A DNA stretch of 57,470 nucleotides. Source: Klebsormidium nitens. Its lineage: Eukaryota; Plantae; Klebsormidiophyceae. Below, in pieces: positions 57,427 to 57,470 of the stretch. How positions within the stretch are numbered: the first letter of the stretch is position 1; every line of letters starts with the position of its first letter. Position numbers and translations under genes: made by a program. The stretch is taken from contig DF237521.1 in NCBI GenBank assembly GCA_000708835.1, positions 1-57,470 of the forward strand. Direction: 5' to 3'. The notes beneath the pieces were generated by a model. That model was not told where the DNA came from, searched no databases, and worked only from the letters and a program-made list of their open reading frames with translations.

Positions 57427-57470
57427 TGCGTTTGCGAGGGATCGAACCCAGGTCCCTCGCAGGCATTGAC
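57427..57470 (-). other. 3' half of a tRNA-like sequence (pseudo-tRNA or tRNA-derived SINE), truncated by the window edge
   Basis: Minus strand reads GCGAG GGAC CTGGG TTCGATC CCTCG CAAACGC A: B-box GGTTCGATCCC with tRNA-Gly-like spacing. The T-stem is imperfect and no oligo-T terminator follows. Confidence 0.35.

Overview
This is eukaryotic, intron-rich nuclear DNA with GT-AG introns of about 0.2-1 kb. Gene content and style suggest a streptophyte green alga such as Klebsormidium (inference). I assembled nine spliced or single-exon genes by hand, left to right: acetate kinase (+, 1306-6258); a single-exon HMG-box gene (-, 7737-8825); a YrdC/Sua5-domain gene (-, 10103-14617); a long-type phosphate acetyltransferase (+, 15053-25108); two tandem FAM194/ERICH6-like genes (-, 26400-27482 and 30128-32429); a p25alpha-like plus TPR gene (+, 33766-39468); a very large Treslin/TICRR-like gene (-, 40609-51721, interrupted by a 479-N gap); and an organellar-type uS17 whose second exon can splice in frame into two S1 domains (-, 52709-57167). 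The five most notable observations are: (1) the apparent uS17-2xS1 fusion; (2) a window-wide pattern of tandemly duplicated splice junctions that leaves decoy exon starts in six genes; (3) some decoys differ from the real exon almost only at synonymous sites; (4) an ackA-pta cluster in bacterial order; (5) strong over-representation of the palindrome (GC)TGACGTCA(GC). All exon models and family assignments come from reading the sequence and recalling family motifs, not from database searches.
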